A stretch of 64,000 nt of DNA from Chiloscyllium plagiosum (taxonomy: Eukaryota), in contig NC_057718.1 in NCBI RefSeq assembly GCF_004010195.1, forward strand, positions 73,203,612 through 73,267,611, given 5' to 3'. Shown here piece after piece: positions 38,035-50,374 of the stretch. The notes beneath the pieces were generated by a model. It saw nothing but the letters and a program-made list of their open reading frames with translations, ran no database searches and was not told where the DNA came from. Each line of letters starts with the position of its first letter. Position 1 is the first letter of the stretch. The translations under genes were made by a program, and so were the position numbers.

Positions 38035-39045
38035 GGAGTGCCACAAGGATCGGTGCTGGGACCTCTACTTTTTGTCATTTACAGAAATGATTTGGATGCG
38101 AGCATAAGAGGTACAGTTAGTAAATTTGCAGCTGACACCAAAATTAGAGGTGTTGTGGACAGCGAAGAGGGTTACCTCAGATTATAACAGAATCTTGACC
38201 AGTTGGGCCAATGGGCTGAGAAGTGGCAGATGGAGTTTAATTCAGATAAATGTGAGTTGCTGCATTTTGGGAAAGCAAATTTTAGCAGGACTTATACACT
38301 TAATGGTAAGGTCCTAGGGAGTGTTGCTGAACAAAGAGACCTTGGAGTGCAGGTTCATAGCTTCTTGAAAGTGGAGTCACAGGTAGATAGAATAGTAAAG
38401 AAGGCGTTTGGTATGCTTTCCTTTATTGGCCAGAGTATTGAGTACAGGAGTTGGGAGGTCATGTTGCGACTGTACAGGACATTGGTTATGTCACTGTTGG
38501 AATATTGCGTGCAATTCTGTTCTCCTTCCTATCGGAAAGATGGTGTGTAACTTGAAAGGGTTCAGAAAGGATTTACAAGGATGTTGCCTGGGTTGGAGGA
38601 TTTGAGCTATAGGGAGAGGCTGAAGAGGCTGGGGCTGTTTTCCCTGGAGTATCGGAGGCTGAAGGGTGACCTTATAGAGGTTTACAAAATCATGAGGGGC
38701 ATGGATAGGGTAAATAGACAAAGTCTTTTCCCTGAGGTCAGGGAGTCCAGAACTAGAGTGCATAGGTTTAGGGTGAGAGGGGAAAAATATAAAAGAGACC
38801 TAAGGGGCAACTTTTTCACACAGGTTGGTGGTATGTGTATGGAATGAACTGCCAGAGGAAGTGGTGGAGGCTGGTACAATTGCAACATTTAAGAAGCATT
38901 TGGATGGGTATATGAATAGGAAGGGTTTGGAGGGATATGGGCCGGGTGCTGGCAGGTGGGACTAGATTGGGTTAGGATATCTGGTCGGCATGGACGGATT
39001 GGACTGAAGGGTCTGTTTCCATGCTATACATCTCTATGACTCTAT
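38035..39045 (+). mobile_element. 5'-truncated CR1 in cga intron 1
   Basis: [10 protein letters not shown] through to the (ctctatga)n tail. Confidence 0.95.
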
Positions 39046-39057
39046 TTCTTTAGTATT

Positions 39058-39400
39058 ATAGAATCCCGAAAGTGTGGAAGCAGCTCATTCAGCTCATTGA
39101 GTCATGCTGACCCTCTGAAGAGTATCCCACCCAGACCCAGCCCCCTTCCCTTTCCATATAACCCAACATTCCCCATGGCTAAAACACCTAGCCTGAACAT
39201 CCCTGATCATGATGTCCAATTTAGCAAGGCTAATCCACTTAACCTGCACATCTTTGGAATGTGGGAGGAAACTGGAGCACCCGGAGGAAACCTAAACAAC
39301 ACAGTGAGAATGTGCAAACTTGACATAGATGCTTGCCCAAGGATGAAATCAAACCCAGGTTCCTGATGTTGTGAGGCAGCAGTACTAACCACTGAGCCAC
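39058..39400 (-). mobile_element. Degenerate tRNA SINE
   Basis: tgggaggaaactggagcacccggaggaaacc core and a reverse head. Confidence 0.85.
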
Positions 39401-40409
39401 CCCAGATCTTGTCCTTGGTAAGTTGATTTAATTTTAAAATATCACATTGTTAATACCACTTCTACCTCAGTCAAAAGTGTGTAGGTCCAAACCCCTCAAC
39501 AAATTTCAACAGAAGTCCACATGACAAACATCCACTGCACTACCCTCATTCAGGTATTTGAGGTAGTGACAAGGAAGATCACATTTATAAAGCATGACTA
39601 TTTCTGAAAGTCATTCTATCCTTAACTAGTTCATGCCTCTCTAAAGGACAGTATCTGATTTCAGGATTGATTTCAACAACTTGCCCACCAAAGAAAGTTG
39701 AACTGGCCTATAATTTTTTGGCATTTCATTTTTAAACAATTGAACCACATCAGTATTTCTCCAGTCCTTTAACACCTCACCTGTATCTAACAAGAATTGA
39801 AAAATAATCCTCAGAGTATCTGCTATTTTCTCAAAGCTACTTCAACGCAAAGAGCATTAAAGGTAAGGTAGATGCGCTTAGAGTCTGGATCAATACAAGA
39901 GACTATGATGTTGTGGCCATCACAGGGGCTTGGTTGAGAGAGGGACATGACTGGCTGCTCAACGTTCCAGAGTTTTGTTGTTTTAGTTGAGGTAAAGAGA
40001 AAGAGATGGAGGAGTTATATTACTAATCAGGGAGAATATTACATCTGAACTCAGAGAGGACGTACTGGAGAACTCATTCACTCAGGCAACATGGGTAGCG
40101 CTCAAAAACTAGATGGGTGCGATCACTTGAAAAAGATCATACTATAGGCTCTCTAACAGCCATCGAGACATTGAGGAGCAAGCATGTAGGCAGATGATGG
40201 GAAGATGCAATAAAGAGAGTTGTCTTAGCTGGTGACTTTAATTTCCCCAATATTGACTGGGCCTCCTTTAGAGCAAAAGGCTTGGACAGGACAAAATTTA
40301 TTAAGTGCATCCAAGAGGATTTCTTGAAACAGTATGTGGACAGTCCAACTAGAGGAGGGGCCATCTTGTACTGCCTAATGTGCCTGGCCATGTGACTGAC
40401 CTTTCAGTG

Positions 40410-42986
40410 TTGGACTGGGGTATACAAAGTTAAAAACACCAGGTTGTAGTCCAACAGGTTTATTTGGAACCACTAGCTTACACAATGCTGCTCCTTCATC
40501 AGGTGGTTGTGGAGCATAAGATCATAAAACACAAAATTTACAGCAGAAGTTTATGATGTGATGTACTGAAATTATATATTGAAAATGACTTGGATTATTT
40601 GTTAAATCTCTCATCTTTTAGAATGACCTGTTGGTTTCAATTCTTTTGTAAATCCCAGAATTTCTTTGAAGTTACATTCTCAAGTGAACTTTAACAATAG
40701 GTGCCATGTCAGCTCAGATAATGCATTGAAGGTGTATGGTTAAAGGATTCTGGATCAGTGGTGCTGGAAGAGCACAGCAATTCAGGCAGCATCCAACAAG
40801 CTGCGAAATCGACGTTTCGGGCAAAAGCCCTTCATCAGGAAGGGCTTTTACCTCGGTGTATGGTTAAAGTCTGTCTGTCTGTGTCTCAATGTTCAGACTG
40901 ATTCTATTTCTAAAAAAGGGATTTACAGAATCTTACACGGACTCATGCAGGTTTTGAGCAAAATAAAATGTAATTCTGCAAGTGCAAATTCACACCACAA
41001 ACTTATATGTGTATGCGTGCATGTGGATGTGTGTGTGTGTGTGTGGAGAGGGTGTGATTGTCTGTGAGAGCGTATGTGTATGTGCGTGAGTGTAAAGGGG
41101 TATAAGTCTATGAGAGGGTGTGGGTGTGTGGGTGTGTATATGTGAGTATATGAGAAAGGGTCTGTGTGAGTGCATGTGTCTGCAGGAGTGAGAGTGTGTG
41201 TGTGTACACACTTGCATGCATGTGTGTGAGAGTCTGTGGCTGAGGCCATCCCCATGGGCACCGAACTTGGCTATCAGCCACTTTGCATTTCTCCCTGTCC
41301 CAAAGTTCACTTTGGAGGATAGTCACCCAAAGGTCCGATGCCGAATGTTCTGGACTGCTGAAGTGTTCTCCAACTAGGAGGGAACACACCTGGCTGGTGA
41401 TTGATGTACGGTGTCCATTCATCCATTGTTATAAGGTCTGCTCGGTCTCGCTAATGTACCATTCCTCAGGGCATCCTTGGCTGCAGCTTATGAGATAGAC
41501 AATGTTGGCCGGGTCACATGAGTACATGCCGCGTACATTGTGGGTGGTGTCCCCACTTGTAATGGTGGTATTCATGTCAACACTCTGACATGTCTTGCAG
41601 AGACATCAGCCATGACAGGGTTGTATGGTGTTGACCTGAAAGCCGGGCAGTTTGCTACAAGCAATGATCTGTTTGAGGTTTGGTAGTTGTTTAAAGGTGA
41701 GAAGTGGAGGCATGGGAAAGGACCTGGCATTGTGCGCATACTCATCGAAAATGTGTTGCAGGCTGTGAAGAACATGACGTAGCATTTCAGCTCCTGGGAA
41801 GTACTGGACAACGAAAGGTACCTTGTCAGTTGCAGCTCGTGTCTGTCTCCTGAGGAGGTCATTACAGTTTCTCGCTGTGGCACGTCGGGACTGGCGGTCG
41901 ATGAGTTGAGATCATGCCCTGTTCTTATGAGGGCGTTCTTGAGTACTTCCAAGTGCTCATCACGTTCCTTCTCATCTGAACAGATCCTTGTATACGTAGG
42001 GCTTATCCGTAGGGAATGGCTCTTTTAATATGTTTGGGATGGAAGCTGAAGAAGTGTATCTTCGTGAGGTTATCCGTGGATTCACGGTAGAGTGATGTGC
42101 TTGAGGTGCCCATCTTGATGGAGTGCATGTGTCCAAGAATGAGACAGATACCAAAGAGTGAGTTTGATGGTGGGATGAAACTCATTGATACCACTGTGTA
42201 GTTGTTTCAGTGACTCCTCGCCATGGGTGCAGAGGAAGAAAATGTCGTCAATATACCTGGTGTACAGGTCCTGCATAGAGAAGAAGCCTTGTTCGAACCT
42301 GTGCATGAAAATGTTGGCAGACTGGGGTGCAAATTTGGTCCCCATGGCTGTTCTGTGTATCTGGATGATGAACTGGTTATCAAAGGTGAAGACGTTGTGG
42401 TCGAGGAAAAAATGGATGAGTTGTAGGACGGTGCTTAGAGATTGGCAATTGTTGGTGTTGAGTACTGAGGCTGTCATCATGGGGGATGCTGGTGTAGAGT
42501 GTGAAACATCCATTGTGAAGAGGAATGTTCCCAGTTCGACTGGCTAGTGGGTGTTGAGTTTCTATAAGAAATCTGTAGTGTCACAACAGAAGCTGGGGGA
42601 TCTCCTGCACCATGGGTTTCAAGATGCCTTCGACATAGCCAGAGAGATTCTCACACAGGTTCCCATTGTCTGCTACAATGGGACGTCCTGGTGTGTTGGC
42701 TTTGTGTATCTTCGGAAGGCAGTAGAAGTCGCCTACGCAAGAGATGAGGGCGCGTAGGGAACTCTGAAGGACTGGATCCAAGTCCTGATCAATGTTTTTA
42801 GTTTTTAGATTAAACAAACAATCCATGTCTTTTTCAATGTATCATTTCAATTGCATCGCACTGTAAACGTTTGCTATAAATTCTGTGCCTCATGATCCGA
42901 TATACTCCACAACCACCTGATGAAGGAGCAGTGCTCTGAAACTCATGCTTCCAAATAAACCTGTTGGACTATAACCTGGTTTTGTA
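40410..42986 (-). mobile_element. 5'-truncated Penelope-like retroelement (RT plus GIY-YIG) with inverted terminal segment
   Basis: RT FYCLPKIHKANTPGRPIV, AMGTKFAP, RYIDDIFF; GIY-YIG NIVYLISC..WYISETEQ (about 41440-41520); CA-rich 3' UTR. About 42800-42986 is an inverted copy of the 3' end. 13-bp TSD tgacctttcagtg at 40397-40409 and 42987-42999. Confidence 0.93.
40746..40854 (-). mobile_element. PLE mini-element (family B1) nested in the Penelope, with intact hammerhead motif
   Basis: 15-bp TSD ggtgtatggttaaag at 40731-40745 and 40855-40869. Minus strand 40809-40840 reads UC-CUGAUGA-A-GGGC-UUUU-GCCC-GAA-ACGU-C-GA. Confidence 0.88.
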
Positions 42987-45254
42987 TGACCTTTCAGTGA
43001 GGAAGCATTTTTGAAAGTGATCACAACTCCTTAGGTTTTAAGATAGCTATGAATAAGGATAAGTCAGGACTTTGTGTCAAGGTACTAAATTGGGGGAGGG
43101 CAAATTACATCAGTATTAGGCAGGAGCTAACTGAGAGGAGCTGTTAACAGGCAAGTCCACATTTGACATGTTGGTATTGTTTAAAGGCTTGGTGATGAGA
43201 GTTCAGAACCGGTATGTTCCAGTAAGGCGAAGGGCAAGGTGAGGGACCCTTGGATAATACATTTAGTCAAAAGGAAATAAGAGGCATATGTAAAGTTTCA
43301 GAAACTAAAATTGAACAGGACCTATGAGGAATATAAAGAAAGCAGGAAAGAACACAAGCAGGGAATTAAGAGAGCAAGATGGAGCCATGAAATTACCTTG
43401 GCAAGTAGATCATTGCTTGTAGCAAACTGCCTGGCTTTCAGGACAACACCACACAACCCTGTCATGGCTGATGTCTCTGCAAGATATGTATTAAAACAAG
43501 ACAATAATTAGGGAGAAGGCAGGACCACTCAAGGGCAAAGGAGGGAAATGATGCTTGGACACAGAGGATGAGGGTGAAATCTTAAACAAGTAGCTTGCAT
43601 TGGTATTCACCCAGGAGAAGGATATAGAGTATTGTGCAATTTTTGTGGAGCATGCTAATTTGTTAAGGCATTTTGAGATCAAGAAAAAAGTGGTGTCTCT
43701 TGAAGCGTATTAAGGTGGATAAGTCTCGAGGGCCTGATGATATCTACCCCAGGTTATTGAGAGAGGCAAGAGAGGAAATTGCTGGGGCCTTGACCAAAAT
43801 CTTTGTATTCTCATTAGCCCCTGGAGAGATCCAGGAAGATTGGCGAGTAGCCAATCTTATTCCTCTGTTCAAAAAGGGTCATAGGGATAATACCAGACAC
43901 TATAGACCTGAGAGCCTCACTCAGTGGTTGGGAAGCTACTGGAGAGAATTGTTAGGGATAGGATTTACGTGCAATTGGAAAACATGGCTTTATGCAGAGC
44001 AGATCATGTCTTATGTACTTGATTGAATTTTTCAAGGTGGTAACGAAGGTGATGGACAAGAGTAGAACAGTGGATATTGTCTACATGGACTTTAGTAAGG
44101 CTTTCGACAAGGTCTGTTATGGTAGGCTCATCCAGAAGATTAAGATGCATGGGATCCACGGTGACCTGGCCGCATGGATTAAGAATTGGCTTGCCCATAG
44201 AAGGTGGAGGGCAGAGGTGGAAGATTGATTTTCAAGCTGGAGGTCCATAGCTAGTAGTGTTCTACAGTGATCGATACTGGGCCCTCTGCTGTTTCTGATG
44301 TATATAAATGACTTCGATGAAAATTTGGATGGATGGGTTCATAATTTGGAGATGATACAATGATCGATGGAGTTGGGGCTAGTATAAAAGGTTGTCAAAG
44401 GACACAGTGGGATATACTTTTAGCTGCAGATATGGTCGGAGAAATTGCAGATGGAGTTTAATCCATGTGCGTGTGAAATGCTGCACATATGGAGATCAAA
44501 TGTTAAGAAAAACTATACAGTTAATGGCAGAATCCTGAACAATGTACAGAAGGATCTTGTAGTTCAAGTCCATAGCTCTCTGAAAGTGGTTACACAAGTA
44601 GGTAGAGTGGTGAAGAAGGCATAAGACATGCTTGCCTTTATTGGTCAGGGAATTGAGTACAAGAGTCAGGATGTCATGTTGCAGCTTTACAAAACTTTTG
44701 CTAGGCCCCACTTAGAGTTTTGCATTTAATTCTGGTCACCACATTACAGGAAGGATGTGGAGGCTTTGGAGATGGTGCAGAAGAGGTTTCTCAGGATGTT
44801 GCCTGAATTAGAGTGTATGAACTACAAGGAGAGGCTAGAAAAATTCAGGTTGTTTTCTCTGGAGTGCCAGAGGCTGAGGGGAGACTTGATAGACATCTTT
44901 AAAATGATGAGGTGTATAGATAGGGTTGACGGTACAACTCTTTTCCCCAGAGCTGAAATGTCTAAAACAAGGGGGCATGCATTTAAGGAGGAAAGTTCAA
45001 AGGAGACATGAGGGGCAAATTGTTTTACTGTGGTCTGAGTGTGGAACGGACTACCACTGGTGGTGGTGGATGCAGATATGATACGGGCATTTAAGAGATC
45101 TTTAGATAAGCACATGAATATGCAAGGAATGGAGAAGTATGGACCAAGGGTAGGCAGAGAGATTAGTCTAATTTAGCACCATGTTCGGCACAACATCGAG
45201 GATCGAAGGGCCCTATGCTGTACTATGCTGTACTATAGTCTACGTTCTAATCCT

Positions 45255-48030
45255 AGGGAAACAATCCATCCTGTCCTGCGGACATCTATTTTCAAGGAAT
45301 TCCAACTCCTAACACTTCCTTTCTCATGTTTTGTCCAACATTTCACACTGCCTGTCTTGGTTTAAATATCCACAACATCCGATTCCTGATTACGAGGACA
45401 AAAAAAAATTTAAATATTTTTCCCATATCCTCTGGATCTTCAAGATGTTCCCTTCTTCATCTGACAGGTCCCACATTTTCCCTTAGCTATGTTTTTGCTC
45501 TTGGTAAATTGCTAAAACATTGTTGGGTTTTCTTTCATTTTGCTTGCTAATATTTTAGCATTTCCTTTCATTTTGTTTTTTCTTGATTCTTATACTTTCT
45601 TTACTGCAGTATTGAGTTTTGAGAGTATTATAAGCTCTCTTACTGTTTAATTTTTCCCTGTATTTTTCTAGACAGCCATGGAAGTCCATATTTGTCAGTG
45701 CCATTCTTATTTTTCAAGGATTTTGTCTGCTTTGTGTCCCAAGGATCTCACTTTTGTGCCTTCCACTGGTATACCATTGATGTATCCTTTAGCAGTCCTG
45801 TCCAGTCCACTTCAGTCAGTTCAGCTTTATAAAGAAAAAAATGACATTCCCTAATTAAAAGCTTTTAATCCTGATTGTTGTCCTTTTCCATAAGACTAAC
45901 CAAATTGAGGTCCCTATCCCTGATATGGTCATCTGCTATTAATTTACCCACTTGCCCATCCACATTTTCTAAAACTAAATGCAGAATTGTGTCTCCTCTC
46001 ATTAGGCTCGTAAGATAGTTTAAACATCTTTTTCCTGGACACAGTACATGAATAGTTCACACTCAATGTCACTTATATTGTTTGAGAAACCCAAATGATA
46101 GTGGGATACTTGTAAGCTATTTATTAATGTCCTCTCAATCCAAAAGGCTCAAATTTATCTACATTCATATTCTGCTATCTCCCTCACTATTTGGTGGTGA
46201 TGGGGTATCTGAAATATATGTGTAGTAGTGTAAATGATCCTTTTTTATTCTTAAACTCAACCCATGAAACCTCATTTAATTAACCCATAAAGTATATCAT
46301 CCTTTCGCGATTGTAAATAAGACCATAAGACCATAAGACATAGGAGTGGAAGTAAGGCCATACGGCCCATCGAGTCCACTCCGCCATTCAATCATGGCTG
46401 ATGGGCATTTCAACTCTACTTACCCGCATTCTCCCTGTAGCCCTTAATTCCTTGTGACATCAAGAATTTATCAATCTCTGCCTTGAAGACATTTAGCGTC
46501 CCGGCCTCCACTGCACTCCGCGGCAATGAATTCCACAGGCCCACCACTCTCTAGCTGAAGAAATGTCTCCGCATTTCTGTTCTGAATTTACCCCCTCTAA
46601 TTCTAAGGCTGTGTCCACGGGTCCTAGTCTTCTCGTCTAACGGAAACAATTTCTTAGCGTCCACCCTTTCCAAGCCATGTATTATCTTGTAAGTTTCTAT
46701 TAGATCTCCCCTTAATTTTCTAAACTCCAATGAATACAATCATTGGATGATCCATACTGCTAATCTTGTCTTTGTCACCCACTCTATCCTGTCTGAAAAC
46801 CTAAATAAGGTGTTAATGAGTTACTAACTTTGCCTCTCCCTTAGCCAGGTTTCCATTATAGCAGTGGTATCATGCTGCCATTTATTTCTGTGCCCTCAGT
46901 TCATCAGCTTAGTTTGTAATACTGCTTGCATTGAAGTATAAAGAGCTCAATCTGGTTAATTTATTTTGCTGGACACTTTTTAATAATTTGTCTTTCCAAG
47001 TTGCAGATATATCACTAACAAATATTCTACCACCTGTTTCCTGATCAGCTAAGCCTCCATTTTGGTTCCCATACCCCTGCCATGGTAGTTTGAAACTTTA
47101 CCTACCAAATTAGCGAAAGCCCCCACAAAGCTATTTATCCCATTTCTGCCCAAGTGCAATCTGTCAAGCTTGTACATGTGCTACCTTCCCTAGAAAGTCC
47201 CAAAGCCTCAAGAATCTAAACCCATTCCTGGTACACCGTTTCTTCAGCCATGCATTCACTGATCTTATTCCTGCTCTTGCTAGTACTGGAGTAATCCTGA
47301 GGTTACTACATTTGAAGTCCTGCATTTTAATTTATCTCCCAACTTCCTACCTTCAGCTTTCAGATCCTTATCCCTTTTCTTACCATGTTGTTGGTACCTT
47401 TGTGTACCACACCCACTGGCTGCTCAACCTCCTGCTACAGAATGTCCTGCAGCCTCTCGGTGATATCCTTGGTGCTGGCACTAGGGAGGCAACATATCAT
47501 CCTGATTTCACATCTGCAACCACAGAAGAACCTATCTGTATACCTTACTACTGAATCCCCTACCATTATTGCCACTCATTTTCCATCCCTTCCTGCAGCA
47601 GAGCCACCTATGGTGCCATCACCCATGGCTAATGTGACTTTCCTCTGAGAGGCCGTCCCTCCCTATGTATTGAAGCCACTACCTGTTTGAGAAGGAGGAG
47701 GTTGGGTGGATGACCACAGAGATTCCTACACTTTCTTCCTCAACACGTGACTTTGTCTGATGGTCACACATTCCCTTTCTGCCTTTGCAGTCCTCACTAG
47801 TAGTGTGGCTACCTCACTAAGCATGCTGCCTATGACATTCTCAGCATCACAGATATTGCACAATGTCTCTATCCATAGCTCCAGCTTCAAAAAGCTGTTA
47901 TCCATTAGCTGTAGTTGGACTCACTTCTTGCACACATGATTGTCATGGACACTGGATGCATCCCTTATTTCTTACATCACAAGAGGAACACAGTAGAGGT
48001 CTGTGGTCTCCTATTATCTCAATCTCTCCA
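45255..48030 (-). mobile_element. Old CR1 5' half with a nested young CR1 3' end (about 46318-46742)
   Basis: ORF1 esterase and EN remnants parallel to 21900-22800; the nested copy has a (taagacca)n tail and LRGDLIETYK. Confidence 0.8.
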
Positions 48031-48337
48031 GATTGAGAATTTCTCCCTTTGGAGGTAGAGATACAAAAGTGTCCAGAGGGGCAATCTTTTCACACAGAGG
48101 TTGGTGAGTGTCTGGTACAGGCTCTCCTTTCTTTGAGTTGAGAACTTGAAGTCTGAATCTTTTGGTTTGCTGTTGCTAAACTAAAGCAAATTATGTGTTC
48201 AGGGTTATAGCAGTGGGATCCTGCTGGTCAAGGGGAAGGAAGGGTTGTGGCAAAGGCAATGGTCTCAGTATATGTTAAATTGATTTGAAATGTAACAATA
48301 GTAGTAACCATGCTTAATGGTTGATGTTTTTTCTTAG

Positions 48338-48449
48338 CCTGTGTGCAGGATGGCTCGTTACATGAAGTGTGGAGGACTGGCTTTGGTTGTTCTATTCGTG
48401 GTAGAGCAGGGTGTGCGATCTTTCCCTGAAGTGGAGGCTGCAATACCAG
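48338..48449 (+). CDS. cga: cga exon 2: signal peptide and mature N-terminus
   Basis: Acceptor tgttttttcttag|CCT and donor CCAG|gtgaat (phase 1). From ATG 48350 it reads MARYMKCGGLALVVLFVVEQGVRS-FPEVEAAIP(G): a 24-aa signal peptide followed by FP, as in tetrapod alpha subunits (FPDGEF). Phase matches exon 3. Confidence 0.9.
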
Positions 48450-48564
48450 GTGAATATTGCGCTGGCATGATTAGCATGTGATTGAGATTAACTCACTCTT
48501 GAAGAAATGATATGATGCAGTTTGGGTTATTTTAGATTTAGCTTAGATAGACTTGCTGTAAATA

Positions 48565-50370
48565 ACAAAGAACAAAGAACCTTACAGGACAGGAACAGGC
48601 CCTTCGGCCCTCCAAGCCTGAGCCGATCCAGATCCTCTATCTTAACCTGCCGCCTATTTTCTGAGGATCTGTATCGCTTTGCTCCCTGCCCATTCATGTA
48701 TCTGTTTGGATACATCTTTAATGACGCTATCATTCCCGCCCCTACTACCTCTGCTAGCAACACATTCCAGGCACCCACTGCCCTCTGCATGAAGAACGTT
48801 CCATGTATATCTCCCCTAAACTTCTCCCCTCTCACTTTGAACTCATGATCCCTTGTAATTGAGTCCTCCGTTCTGGGAAAAATCTTCTTGCTATCCACCC
48901 TGTCTACACCTCTCTTGATTTTGTAGGCCTCAATCAGGTCCCCCCTCAATTTCCTATTTCCAATGAAAATAATCCTAATCTACTCAACCTCTCCTCATAG
49001 CTAGCACCCTCCAGGCAACATCCTGGTGAACCTCCTCTGCACTGTCTCCAAAACATCCACATTGTATTGGTAATGTGGCGAACAGAACTGTACACAGTAT
49101 TCCAAATGTGGCCGAACCAAAGTCTTATACAACTCTAACTTGAACTGCCAACTCTTGTACTCAATACCCTGTCCATTGAAGGAAAGCATGCTGTATACCT
49201 TCTTGACCACTCGACTGACCTGCATTGCCACCTACAGGGAACAATGGACCTGAACACCTGGATATCTCTGTACATCAATTTTCCCCAGGACTTTTCAATT
49301 TACTGTATAGTTCACTCTGGAATTACATCTTTCAAAATGCATCACCTTTTATTTGTCCGGATTGAACTCCATCTGCCATTTCTCTGCCCAACTCTCCAAT
49401 CTATCTATATTTTTCTGTATTCTCTGACTGTTCCCTTCACTACCTGCTACTCCAGCAACCATAGTGTCATCTGCAAACTTGCTAATGAGGCAACCTACAC
49501 CTTCCTTCAGATCATTTATGTATATCACAAACAACAGTGGTCCCAGCACTAATCCTTGTGGTACACCACTAGTCACAGGTCTCCATTTTAAGAAGCTCCC
49601 TTCCACTACTGCTCTCTGTTTCCTGTTGCCCAACCAGTTCTCTATCCAACTAGCTAGAACAACCAGGACCCTATGCGACTTACCTTTCTTTATCAGCCTA
49701 CCATGAGGAACCTTATCAAATACCTACTAAAGTCCATGTATATGACATCTACATCCCTTCCCTCATCAAGCAACTTTGTCACCTCTTCAAATAATTCTAT
49801 TAGTTTTATACACCATGGCCTTCCCTGCACAAAACCATGCTGTCTATCACTGATAAACCCATTTTTTTCCAAATAGGTATATATCCTATCTCTTAGTATC
49901 TTCTCCAGTCTTCTTCTACCACTGATATCAGGCTCACGAGTGTGTAATTACCTGGATTATCCCTGCTACCTTCTTAAAAAGAGGATAACTTTAGCAATTC
50001 TCCATCCCTCTGGGAATTCTGCCAATTTTAAGGATGCTGCAAAGATATCGGGTAAAGCGCCAGCTATTTCTTCTCTCGGTTCCCTCAGCAACCTGGGATA
50101 GATCCATCCGGACCTGGGGACATGTCCACCTTAATGCCCTTAGAAGACACACTTCCTCCCTCCTTATGCCGCCTTGACCTAACATCTATCCCTAACCTCA
50201 ATATCTGCCATGTCTACTCTCTACAAAGTACTCATTAAGAATCTCACCCATTTTCTCTGACTCCATGCATATCTTTCCTCCTTTGTCCTTGAGGGGGGCC
50301 AACTCTTTCCCTAGTTACCCTCTTGCTCTTCATATATGAATAAAAGGCTTTGGGGTTTTCCTTAACCCTA
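48565..50370 (-). mobile_element. CR1 LINE in cga intron 2
   Basis: [36 protein letters not shown]; (aacaaag)n tail. Confidence 0.93.
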
Positions 50371-50374
50371 CCTT

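Larger units (their letters stand above)
39835..45250 (+). mobile_element. CR1 ORF2 to 3' end, split by a Penelope insertion
   Basis: YFNAKSI and GDFNFPNIDW before 40409; resumes after 42987 with RT motifs and a 3' tail. Confidence 0.9.

Noticed and set aside
41005..41235. GT-rich tract and His/Thr-rich ORFs
   Set aside because: Degenerate microsatellite within the Penelope 3' UTR.
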